Under the pieces are notes generated by a model. That model saw nothing but the letters and a program-made list of their open reading frames with translations, made no database searches and was not told where the DNA came from. 64,000 nucleotides of DNA, from assembly GCF_006345805.1 (NCBI RefSeq), contig NC_042997.1, positions 96,472,001-96,536,000 of the forward strand, written 5' to 3'. A program made the position numbers and the translations under genes. Position 1 is the first letter of the stretch. Each line of letters starts with the position of its first letter. Source of the DNA: Octopus sinensis. Lineage: Eukaryota. This document shows positions 38,075 through 51,020 of this stretch, in pieces.

Positions 38075-39900
38075 TTCAAATATATAGAGAAACTAAAGAC
38101 AAAGACAGTTGTATGAACGAACAAGTGTATTAGTTTGACGTTCGGGTAAAATGAAATAGTATTTTACGTTTCGAGCCTACGCTCTTCAACAGAAAGGAAT
38201 AAGAGGAAAAGTGAGATTGAAAAACAAAGTATAGAGTTCAGCTGTCAATATGGCGAATAACTGTAAAAAGGAGGTTGAAAGAATGGAAGATAAGAATTTA
38301 AAAAATGAGGTTGAATGAAAGGGAGAAAATAATAGTGCTAATAATCCCAACAAGATGTGCGTGTGCGTGTGTTTGTATGTGAGAATAGTGTGTTTGAGTG
38401 TGTAAGTGTATGTGTGAATATGGAGGAGTGACTCTGACGTGTGTGAGTGAGTGCGTATGTAACGTGTGTGTATATGTTCAGGTATTATTTACCTGTGTTT
38501 TTGTGACTGGGTGCATGATGGAATATGGTGCGTATACTGAGTTAAACGGTGTGTGTCGCTACTAATATAGTGGTATGTGTGATGACGCTATCGAAGATGG
38601 TATGTGGTTGTGTGGATGATAGTGTATGGTGTGCATGCTGAAAAGTGGTCAGTGCTAGTGTACGTAAAGTGGTGTGGGGTTGGTGTCAAAGGAAGAGTGG
38701 AAGTAAGACTGGTGTTAGATGAAGAGTGGTGGTGAGTTGAGACCATGTGAAGCAACAGAGCGAAGAGAGAAGACTAAATCCTGTACGCAGCAGGAGACTG
38801 GAGCCCGGGTGGCCCCTATGCAAAGAGAAGTTAAGGTAGGAGTGTGAGTCATTGTGTTTATATTTGATGGAGGTAGTGAGACCGCAGTAGGGTATGCTTA
38901 CAGAAAAGTTGAGAAATTCGACGGAAGCGTTAGTAATAGAGCACGAAATTTCGAGGCCAGGAAGGAACGATTGGACAAAAGAGAGGAAGAAGTCTAGTTT
39001 TTTGCAGGAGAGTGAGGTCGCACCGATATAGTCATCGATATCGGGAGTGAGACCAGTGAATTGTAAGAATATTTGGGCCTCAACGTAGCCAAGGAATAGG
39101 TTCGCTAGAAGAGAAGAAAGAATTAAACAGACGGAGAGCATGGTTAGTGTCGTGCATGTGGGGTGGGACAAGCCACTAGGGATGGGCAGGAATACGGTCG
39201 AGATTTTGGGGGATCATTCCCGTGGGGCCGTTGCAGGCGGAGACAATGGGGCGGCCAGGGTTGTTGGACGTGTGAATTCGGGAAAGGAATTAAATAGTAG
39301 CGGTGTGTGGGTTGTGGACAATGATGTTTGAGGTGATGAAAGGGAGAAATGAGGACATGAATAGTGGAGGACAACGTCTGTTGGTAGTTAGATGAGGGTA
39401 GGCGAGCAGATGGCAAACGAAGGAGGTATCTTGAAGTTAAATGTCTGCGCAGAACACCACTACAGATCCACCCTTGTCGGCTGGTTATATGATGATATCT
39501 TCGCCTCAACGGAGATATCGAAGGGTTCGGGCGGGGAGGTGTTGAATATCCGGGACGCCTGCGAAAGTTGAACTGATCCACAACAGGTTCGCAAATACTT
39601 GCAAAATGATCAGATGTTTGGAAATGCCCAGGACCTGGCATCCAGTGGTATGCTCAGCAGCCCAGGCCGGTGAAACAGTCTTCTTCATTAGATGTAGGTG
39701 GAGTGTTGGGGAATAGTGCATGTAGTCTGACGCGGTGCACAGTGCTATGAACATCAGCACGGATCTGAAACTCGTTACTGGATGGTGTGAGGGGGTGAAG
39801 CGCAGGCTCTTACTGAGAAGAGAACGCCCGCTTCAGAGACAAAACGATCAAGAAGAATGGGAATAATAGATTCAAGGGGGGGAGAAGGAGGGTGAGTTAA
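38075..39900 (-). mobile_element. Decayed Penelope-like element (RT fragments and pLTR with HHR variant at ~38160-38197)
   Basis: SLLSKSLRFTP, PADKGGSVVV, RIHTSNNPGRPIVSACNGPT, ANLFLGYVE..IDD..YKHNDSHSYLNFS; pLTR motif CTGTTGAA-GAGC.GTAG.GCTC-GAAA-CG-TA. Confidence 0.85.
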
Positions 39901-40571
39901 GTGTGGGATGGTGGTGGGGCGGTGGAAGTCTAGGAGGAGACAGTGGAAAAAGTAGTGCGTGGGAGGGTTTGGAGTAATGGAAGCGTAGTAGTGAGGATCA
40001 GTAGGGAGTGGATCAGGAAGGGTGGGGGAAAGTTGAGGATGTAGTGGAATCGGGTGGGACGTGATGAAAGAGTGAATGGAGCTTATGTTGTTTAGTGCGA
40101 GGTAGAAAGTCGTGGAACATGTGGTATAGATGGAGTATGAAGAGTAAGGTGAAATGTGAAATGCATGGTGGGCAACAGGAGAAACAGGTAGAATAAGCGA
40201 GAAGAAGAAGGCGGTCGAAGGTGTATATTTTAGAGAGATGTGGTGTGTAAACATATGTGTGTATGTGTGTGCGAGTGTGTATGCCCAAACTGTGCATGTG
40301 TATCGTGTATATATGTGGGCGAAAGTTGTGTTTGTCTATGTATGTTGCGTATGTTAATGCATGTTGTGTGTGTATGTAAATTGTCTGTGTTCAGGTATTA
40401 TGTGCTTGTCTGGGTGTGGCAATATGTGTGTGTATGTGTGTGTGTGTAATATGTCGAATATTATAAAGTAAAGCAATGGGGAGTTTAAATGGATATGAAT
40501 TAAATTAGCATATTGTTAATGAGGCCTGCAATTCTTTTAATTTTTATATAATATATCTATAGCTATCTATC

Positions 40572-40604
<33 letters not shown>

Positions 40605-40766
40605 ATATGTACATATACATATATACCTACGCATGTGTGCGCGCACCTGTGTGTGCGTATGTGTTAAACAGAAGGGATATCGTGTATCGAAATCTAAAAA
40701 TATTGCAAGAAATCTTGATGTTAGGATATCTATCTGAATGAATTAGTTTCTCTGGCTACTATGGTC

Positions 40767-40808
<42 letters not shown>

Positions 40809-41369
40809 TTCTCTCTCTCCCTCTCCGTCTCTCTTTCTCTTTCTCTCTCTCACTCACTCTATCGCTCTCTTTCCCTCTCTCTTTCGTCATTCATCACAAT
40901 CTAAATAAATTATTTATGTCATGCATGCTGATATAGGTTTTTCTGCCTGCTAGATGAATGACATAAACCTCTCAATCAGCCGCACTACAAGCTGAAGAAG
41001 GAGCTTGTTACAGGGTTATTGTCTTTTGTAAATTAATGGCAAATACTTTCCCTGTTTAGATGAAGCTACAGAGATAACGTAAATTAACAAGACCACCCTA
41101 GAAGTAACAGATCTTTTAAGATATCAAAAAGTCACCCAGGAAGTGTCCACAGTCAACTGTTGAATAATTGCCATTAGCACTAAACAGAATCAATACGAGC
41201 ATGATAAACTTAGGATAACAGGTAATAACCATCCTCAGACCAATCGAGTGCCAAAGATATACAGGTTCATGAATTGTAGAGAACCATTCCTTCGCGTGAA
41301 GATTCGATAAGTTTGTCACGAATTCATTAATTCTCGATTACTATCATAGTGAATGTGTGATGTTAAATG

Positions 41370-41820
41370 ACCTGTACGGATGACCATTTACGCGAACTTC
41401 CGAGCTGTATAAGGCAGCGATCCAACCGAACGGCGGAAGACGGAACCGAAACCAGCCTCTCTAAAGATAGTCTGCACGTAGCGATGTTCGACCCTATCGA
41501 AAGCTTTCGATTGATCCAAATTGATCAGCGCCCTACACATACCAGGTTCCTTAACTACCCTGTCTATGACGTTGCGCATCAGATGGAGGTTGTCATAGAT
41601 ACTCTTGCCCGGCACGACGCATCTTTGCACCTTGACGACCATTTTCTCGATGACAAGCGCCAAATCTTCAAATCTGCGCTGAACTCAGTGATGGTCCTGA
41701 AGTTATCTATGACGTTCCTCTTGTTTGGATCTTTCTTTATCAGTGCCACCGCCCTCGCTTCACAGAAACGGGGATACTCCCGTTTTGTTGACAGTTGCAG
41801 TAGACCGCTGCCAAGACGCG
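41370..41820 (-). mobile_element. L1/Tx1-clade LINE RT fragment
   Basis: VALIKKDPNK..DNFRTIT..ADLKI, Q..VPGKSIYDNLHLMRNVID..LINLDQSKAFDRVEH. Confidence 0.85.
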
Positions 41821-42319
41821 TTCGAAAAATACATAATTTTTTTTTCTTCAACTTTAAAGCTGCAGCAAAATTACTTTGTGTGTTCTTATTTGTTCTGGTG
41901 GTGATATTGGTGGTAGTGGCAGTGGTGAAGGCAGTTTTTCTAGTAGTAAACGTTGTCTTTACTTTGTTCATATCTTCTACGGCTACACTCGTGTCATTGT
42001 CTGTGTGTTCAAGCGGAACGACGTTTTTTTCAGCCTCCGTCAACTCCGGCTCGGGTAGTGGTGGGAAGTCAATGAGATGAATGCTGGCCTCTTCGTTTGA
42101 TTTAGCCATTTTCGTTTAGAAGATGACAAAAGAAAACCAAAGAAATTTTTTAAATTTTGAAAATCACCCACAGTAGGGGTTGGGGATTTCCTATTAAAAG
42201 ATTTTGTTAAGTTAAAGGAGAAGATGTTAAACAACTATTTGACAAAAAAATTTAACAACAAACAGTTTTCAATACAAATAAAGCCAACTTACTTGGAGCC
42301 GATCTGTCAACAATCCACT

Positions 42320-42640
<321 letters not shown>

Positions 42641-42743
42641 GAGGGCAATAGAGATTGGTAGATAGATATATGTCTGTATATCTGTGTCTTTGTACGTGCG
42701 TCTGGGTATTTCTAAGTGCGTGTGTATATGTTAGTACATATAT

Positions 42744-43587
42744 ACAGTGTGCGACGAGTAAATTATCGCCGTTTTATAATTTACATTTCGCGCATGCGCA
42801 TTTTTAATTTTGATTTTGTCGATTACACAGTATTGTAGGTTTAATTGGGCAGCGTCTGCAACAAAAGCAGCACCATGACGCAATTCACTCTGCTATAAAT
42901 TTGAAAACATGTTGTAGTGCTTTGCATTCACGCCGGAAGCTCCAATTGAAACATTTCAGTATGTTTGGCCGTCAATCTGAGGATGTGAACCGAGATTGAT
43001 AAAAATCAAACATCCAGTCCACGTCATTGTGTTTGGAGTGATCACTAGTGATGGCCACGTTAGCCTCCATTCATCTTCTCACACGGCCACATACACAACA
43101 CCGAAAATTACATCAACTGCCTGGCGGAGGTAGTGCTGCCTTGGGTCAAGAGGGTGGCTGCTGGAAGACCCTATGTCAGGCAACAAGACTCTGAAGCATG
43201 CCACACAAGCAGGAGAACCCAGAAAATTTCTGAAACCACATCACCCCTAATATCTGGCCACTTAACTCCCCAGACTACAACCTCATTGATTATTATGATT
43301 GGGGCGCAATTGAGCGAGGGACCAACAAAACTCTTTCTAGCACCAAAAATGAACTGAATGCAAGGATTATGCCAGCCTTCACTAACTGAAACAAAGAGAC
43401 CGCCCAGAAGAGTTGCATGAGATTCAGAAGTCGTCTGGAGGTTGGGGTTGAAGCAAAAGGCGATATTATTGAATAAGTCTACTCTTTAGTATTTCAAGAT
43501 ATTTTATGTTATTTTGGTAAACGTATCTATTAAAATGAGACGTTAGTTCTATTTTCATTTTTGCGTAACTTAGACGACAGTTGATAT
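42744..43587 (+). mobile_element. Internally deleted Tc1/mariner (maT/DD37D-like) element
   Basis: HPVHVIVFGVITSDG..VLPWVKRVAAGRPYVRQQDS..CHTSRRTQ..WPLNSPD; starts TA-CAGTG; homologous to 54883-55716. Confidence 0.8.
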
Positions 43588-43871
43588 AAATATGTATGTG
43601 TGCGTGCGCGCATGCGTAGGTGTCTGTGTTTGTGAGTGTGAGTGGATGTATATATGCGAATGCGATTAGCTGTGAAAAATGGAAGGTGCTACTACGGAAT
43701 AAGAAATGTTGCTGCCAGTAAATAATTAGGTACAATTCCGGATTCACCGAAGAGTCTATGGAATGATATGTCTAAAATTATTTTCTAAATATTGGAAACA
43801 TGATTGCTCTTTGAGCATATGTGAGAAGCCAGAGAAATGAAGAAATATACATATGTGTGTGCGTTTGTGTG

Positions 43872-43948
<77 letters not shown>

Positions 43949-44104
43949 TTAGAGACAAAACCACTATTATGCAAATATATATATATATACACCCCACACA
44001 CACATATATATTTTCAAACTTGAATTTTGCCATATATATATCAACTCGTGTTCCTTTTCAACCTTGTACATATATATACGTGTGTGTGTGTGTGTATGTG
44101 TGTA

Positions 44105-44600
44105 CACCAGAGTAAGTGCATAAATGCAAAACAAGGTGGAAAAATTAGTACTCGAATACCAGAGGTAGAGTAATATGCTTTATTATGTTTATATACTGCT
44201 AAGTTTATATGTAATCTAGCGTGGAAAATGTTTTAAATGTATATGTTTTAATTTATTAATTTATTAATATTTTACAGCTAATTATTTACCCTGGGTATTT
44301 AGGATTTTTCCTTCGTTATAAGCTATTTTTGTTTTAAGGTTTTCTTCGATTTTTAATAATATGATTTTAAACCGCAATTTGTTGTTGTATGTAACCGATT
44401 ATTGAAAAGACCGCTAGTTGAAATGACCAATGAATTAAAACAAATTTCAAATGTGCTTCTATCACACTAATTATATAGTTATGCATATAGCTTTATCTTT
44501 GTTCCATTCTAAACGAAACTGTCCGACGAACGGGAACGTGAAACTCAGCGTAACAGTTTAGTGATATTTTTGCTGCTTTTTAATTAATAAAGTATATTCG
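44105..44600 (+). mobile_element. PLE terminal remnant with inverted tail and HHR (44516-44559)
   Basis: AAACTGT-CCGACGA-ACG.GGAA.CGT-GAAA-CTC.A.GCG-TA-ACAGTTT; 44170-44185 is an inverted copy of the 3' end TAATAAAGYATATT. Confidence 0.65.
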
Positions 44601-44609
44601 TATGTAATT

Positions 44610-44699
<90 letters not shown>

Positions 44700-44705
<6 letters not shown>

Positions 44706-45010
44706 TAAATTAGAGACAAAACTATTAGGCAAATCAAACAATGAAAGACTTAAGCCAATACATATGATTAATTTATATTATATAAATATGTAACAATTAT
44801 ATTAATTATATTTTTTAATAATTGTTACATATTTAAATAATATAAATTAATCATATGTATTGGCTTAAGTCTTTCATTGTTTGATTTGCCTAATAGTGGT
44901 TTTGTCTCTAATTTAATATAATATAATATTTTACTATAAAATTGGATTCAATCCTAAATCTGATTTTTCCCTGTAAGTTTGGATTTATTCCCTAATATTT
45001 ATTATCATTA
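44700..45010 (+). mobile_element. Hairpin-plus-tail insertion in (TA)n (probable PLE end)
   Basis: ~100-bp inverted arms 44700-44800 and 44818-44920, ~90-bp tail; a short piece of the same arm at ~43940-43975. Confidence 0.65.
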
Positions 45011-45012
45011 TA

Positions 45013-45053
<41 letters not shown>

Positions 45054-45628
45054 TATCTGTGTATGTATATGTGTATGTGTGCATTCATATGTGTATTATT
45101 TGTGTGTGTATGTGTGCTGTAAAACTAGAAATTAAACTTTGTCGAGTGCATTTAATTTCCGCATGCTTAAACTAGACATCATGTCTAGGATGTATGTCTT
45201 TTTAATTCCGGAAGAAAGTTCCTTAATCGTTCATGTTGAATATCTAACCCATCATATACGTATATATCATTTACTGCACATTCAATGAGATGATGCCAAC
45301 AGCTGTGTGGATATAGTAACCATTTTATTGACATTATTTGCGAACATCTTTTTTTTCCTTCTATGTTTTCCGTCTTAACTTAAATACTCGATGTTTAACT
45401 ATTGCACCGTTAGCCTCATAGACAAGATGGAAAAAAGAAGAAAAACCAACCACTGAATCTAAATCGCAGCTGGAATCAAATTCCCAGTTGAAAATATATC
45501 TTTTCACTTAAGTTGTTAAAATACTTTTAGAAAGTTTTAAATAAGTGGGCATAAAACATGGGGCAGGAAATATGTTTCCACGGCATGGCATTTTGAGATA
45601 GAAAAATATTAGGATATAATATTATACG

Positions 45629-46152
45629 TACGTAAATCCTCGAGTATAATCCGCATATTTTTCTCAAAATTTAAAGGTCAAAATACCTAGTGCATATTAT
45701 ACATTAGGTTAAAGAGGAAAATTATTTTCTAAGCAATGTTCGAGTCTCTATTTGCTGTCCGGCAATGTTTATTCAGGCGCATTTTGTGATGTCGGGCTTG
45801 AAAATACCTTAGGCTAAGCCTGAAAGGAATGAAGTCATAAAAGAATAATCCATAACTTGCAGTAAGCAACATTTATTAAACGTTATTACTATTATTTATT
45901 TATTTTCTGCAAACAAAATGCACAAAAATGCTACATGTTTACATTATGTTATATATACAATAATAATAATAATAATAAAGGATGTTACGGTATACATTTT
46001 TACAAACCAAGGACGTTATATAGACCTCTTTGACTCAAGTTAGAGAACGGGTGCGTATTATACACAGGGTTTAGGTTTTTCAGAGGTACAGCCCTCTAAA
46101 AATCCCCTGCGTATTATACTCAAGGGCGGACTATACTCGAGGATTTATGGTA
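45629..46152. mobile_element. MITE of pogo/Tc2-like type
   Basis: TIRs TA-CGTAAATCCTCGAGTATA and TATACTCGAGGATTTATGG-TA; repeated subterminal GCGTATTATAC. Confidence 0.8.
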
Positions 46153-47219
46153 TTTCTTTACATAAATATACTAAACACTTTATTGCAGGTAAAACTTCAA
46201 ACACAAGGATACTAAAGAATAAATGACGTCTTTCAGATGGTTTGAAAGTTTAGGAAATCTTGCTCTCTCTAGAGTCGAAAATAGCATTAATTACTCCAAT
46301 TATTTCCGCAGTCATTCGTTATGAAGAAACACTTTAAAATTACAGTCATTCTGAAATGCCGACTGACTGACGCAAATCAATATTTATCATACGTTCGTAA
46401 GATACTGAGTTGCTACCGAAAAGTTCCACTTGCATAAACAAAAGAATTTTTTCTAATGAGGCTGCTTATTTCTGTTCTTGAAATTCGGCTGTACTAGTAC
46501 ACTGCTTCGAAGAGTTTTGTTTCTATTTATACCGACTGAAGCACAGTAGATGCTATTATTTGAGTGCTTTTCAAAGGGAGGAAATGTAAACACTTCATTG
46601 GTTCAAGGGAACAAAATATCACTATTTACCTTACTGTCATCGCATTGATATTTTTTTCGGCCATCTCAGTTATGCAAATATACTACCGACGGGTTTCCAT
46701 CTGCAAGATTCTTTGGTCCGAGGAAATGATAGAAGAATTTTGCTCAAAACACTATGCCGTGGGATCGAACATACATTACTGTTAAATGATTCTGTACTTA
46801 AGCCTATAATCATAAATAATCACGAAATCACGCAGTTATCATAAAAGATGTTTCTTTCACCCCCAAAAATGTACGATAATGACTTCCAAAACCTGCAAGA
46901 CATCCATTTACAGCATATAAAGTCATGTTCACCGTGTACTAAACTGTAACCCGTGTAATTAGCCTCTGTCCAGACTAAACAGAGTGTATTTTGATTTGCT
47001 CAGGGTATTGTCTCTTGCACATAATTCGTCATTGGCATATGGCTGAGTCGAACTTTAGTAGAGTTCATTCGAACTGCAAACTGGCGTTACCTATTTACAC
47101 ATCTACCAATACGATAACAATTAAACTAGACCGGAGGTTATACAAAAATATTTAATCAAACTGATATTTTCTTATATCATTTGTCCCGCTAAATTATTGA
47201 ACGCAATACTACAACTTAG

Positions 47220-47428
47220 TTCTACTCTAGGCACAGCACCCGAAATTTTGGAGGAGGGGCCCATTCGATTAGATCGACTCCAATACGCAACTGGTACTTA
47301 ATTTACCGACCCCGAAAGGATGAAAGGCAAAGTTGACCTCGGGGAATTTGAATTCAGAACGTAAAAACGGACGAAATACCGCTAAGCATTTCGCCCGATG
47401 TGTTAACGTTTCTGCTAGATCGCCGCCT
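47220..47428 (-). mobile_element. SINE family B
   Basis: Close match to 22880-23090. Confidence 0.8.
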
Positions 47429-50400
47429 TAAAATGTTACTGAAGTAAATAACTAGTCATTTGAAAATATTTAGGTACAACATATGAATGGGACTTTTGGA
47501 TTTTCTACTGGTATTTACCATGCGCTGTTATCTTGAAAGGTAAATGCTTTCAAATAATTGAATAATTGAAGCCTGCTTCTCCAGATGTTGTATATACATG
47601 GATTCTGAATATACATAAGGTAATATTTGAATATTGCCCGTTCGTATTGCAGTAATATTTATTTTCTAGTGTTCTAATTGCTTTGCAATTTCGGACTTTA
47701 ACTGTGATTCATGTATGGATCAACACAACTATGTTCAGTGAATTAATTAATAACAACTTTCTTGGATATAAGAGGATCTATTCATATAACAGTATGCAGA
47801 AAATAAATCCAACGAAATTATGAACAAATGCCTGGATTAATAATTCCTGTATATTATAATAAAAACATGAATCTGACAGTAATTCTTTATACCGTTTTAA
47901 GCGGAGAATTGATTTAGACAGGTCTTGTGTTCAATGATAATTCTATTCACTTAAGATGTGATAGGACTACTAACTCGACTAAAGGTCTTAACCTGTATCT
48001 TTAATAGCGATGCTGATGTTTCCCATACATTAACCCAATCTAAATACAAATATTTTTAATATTAATGTTAAATTTAATATTCACATATAACATTAGCTCA
48101 TAACTGAGGAAATGTTGATTTTTAGCTCCAGATCCAGCCTGGTGTATAATCAAAGGCACTTAAGTGACAACTGCCACAAAATATTTGAGACTGTGGATAT
48201 CCACGATCCCATTATCCAACGTATCCATCTCTCTTTACGACAGAAGTGTGCTATTTGAAGGAAGTTTGGAAGCGACTTCAACTAAATAGGCGAACTTTTC
48301 TTTTCCTGTTTTATTCTTGTCTCTGTTAGTAATACATAAATAAAAATGGGTTTAATAAAGCACTCTGACAAGAAACTTCCGATCCAAGAAATGAGAGACG
48401 GCTGAAATCAATAGGCAGCAGATTAGCTGACATATTCTCACGCCAGACAGGATGGGATATCACTTTTTCTTTTTAGAGTTTCACAAGTTGTATTTAGCAT
48501 TATATTAACGTTCAATTAGATAATGCTTTATTCGTTAGGTTTCCTTTTCTATGCAGCTAATATAGTCTCCTTATAAATGAAAGTAGCAAACTAGGTTGTG
48601 ATGTCTATTGGAATTATTTGGTATGTGCGTTACTTAATTTGATGTTTTTCCCTCATATATTTAGACGTGATTCATAATTGAGAAATAACTATTTTGCTGT
48701 ATAAATTAGCTTACATGAAACAAAGTTATGTCAAGTAATCACCTATAGCCATGCAAGACGGATACGCTGCTGTTTTAGAAAATAAAATAAAAACTAAATG
48801 AAATTCATTTTGTGAGTTAAGAGATTCGTGACAAATATATGAATAACAAAAATATTTCAGATTCGAACGCCTCTTCAATATTATTCATTCAGTAAGTGCT
48901 ATTTAACAAAAGTTATCACAATTAGTAACCCCACCCTAAAGAATTTATTTCGTGACATATATAAAATATATCAGAAAACAGTAAAGCGTGATTCTTAGTT
49001 TATTTCTTCCCTTCTTTATTTTGACAGATTCTTAATCTCGCCTAATTTCAGTGTACAAATAAGCATCATGGTATAGAAATGGTATAGAAATCAGCACTTC
49101 TTTTATGAGCAGAATAAACTATTCGTTTGGTGAAAGCATCACATCAGTGACCTGACAGGTTTTTAAGACTAAAAACATTGCACTTTTTAATTCATGTCTA
49201 ATAAATTGTGATTAGTGTATTTAGAGGCGAAATTAAAGGCGTGGATTTATGTTATTTAGCACGTAAAGCAACAAATATTGATTTTATCCTCCCACGTTAT
49301 ATTTTTTTTCTTTTTGGAGTCATTCTGAACAATGTTAATATTTATCGTGGGAATAACACAAATGCTATAATGGTAATATTTTTTATATACAGCCAAGCTT
49401 TTGCAGGCAATTTCATGATAAATAAAGAAGAAATTATTTAAAAGAATTTAGTAAAATTGCCAAATTGTATTCAAAAGGAAATATTTTGATAATATTGTAA
49501 TCGGTGTTATTAATAATAGCTATGCTCATTTAGTCGTGTGTGAGTATGTGCATATGGGCCTAAGTTTATGTATGCGTATGTGTGTTTACATATATAGAAT
49601 ATATTTTTACAGATATAATACACATACATGCACATTCATATATAAATACAATTATATATAAACATACATATACGTGTAAAAAAACACATACACATACACA
49701 CACATAGAACTGGTGGCAAAGCTTATAATTCACGAATCGGCATGCTTGTGTGTGCACACCCATGCACACACAAGCTTACACACACAAGCATTCACACACA
49801 CACACACCCACGCACACACAGATACACACACACATATCTACAAGCCTATGTTTATGGATATAAATATACACAAATATATAAATGTTTGGCTTTAGTCTCT
49901 TTTTGGAAACAGAGACTGTTTTATTGTAATGTTATTTTGTAAATATAGTATACGCATTACTGGTTTTAGTTAACTTATAATTATTATTCATCTGTTCAGC
50001 TAATTAATAATTTAAGTAATTAATTCCTTGACTGAAGTGAGTAATTGGTATATCAAAGTGTTTTCGTTGCTATTTGTGATCTCACTGAGAATGTGTCTTT
50101 GTTGATCCCATCCGACCACGCTAGATCTGAAAATGTTTTTCGTATCCTTTTTGCTACGTCCATTAGTGAGTGTGTGTATGATGATATATGTTTGGGTATA
50201 ATAGTTCTTTTGTTATAATTTCTTTTTTCTTTTTTCTTTTGCATCATTCTTGTATAGTTTCTACGTAGGGGGCAGTATCTCTGGCCGTGCGTCTAAGCGT
50301 ATATTTATATTTGCACTTGTGCGTGTGTACACGTATATACATCGTTGCGTAAATTTGCGAATCCAGTCATACTTATGTGCAAACATATGTGTGCACACAT

Positions 50401-51020
50401 TTTCACATGTACACATATCCTCATACATTTGTTTAAATATGCATTTCTACGTAGTCACACACATGCTTTCATGTATACCCACCCGTAAATGTTAATGACC
50501 CGGTCAAAGAAATATCGATGCTGCTGGATTCGTTGCTGATTTTACAATATTTCACACTTATAACTAATAGCGTACAAGAGTTGCTCCTAATGCAGTTACA
50601 CACAAGGACTCATGCACACACACACACAGGCTTATACACACATACACACACTCTCACACACAAGCACACACAACCACGAGCCAAATCCTCCACCCACACA
50701 CATACTGACGCCCTCATTCTCCCAAGTATACTTCAACCATGTATCTACATTGCAGCTGAACTGTCGTAATTTAACTCTTATTTTAATTTCAATATGATCC
50801 ACATTTCCTCTATGTTTATAGTGTATACCCTTTGTCGTTACGTCCCACGTTAATGTTTTTTATACTCATCTATTCTCCCTCTCGGATATATTACGAGCGA
50901 TTTTCCCTGTATAAGAAATAGTAGAATATATCTAGTCACCCTCTGTTGATTTCTTCGTTTGCACTACATTCCTATGTGTGTGTGTGTGTCTGTCTGTCTG
51001 TCAGTCTGCCTCTGTCGGCG

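Noticed and set aside
41367-42109. 237-aa (+) and 176-aa (-) ORFs
   Set aside because: Antisense or chimeric readings across the L1/Tx1 RT fragment and a low-complexity tract.
50053-50247. Minus-strand ORF resembling a PLE RT-EN linker
   Set aside because: Similarity too weak and no diagnostic motif.
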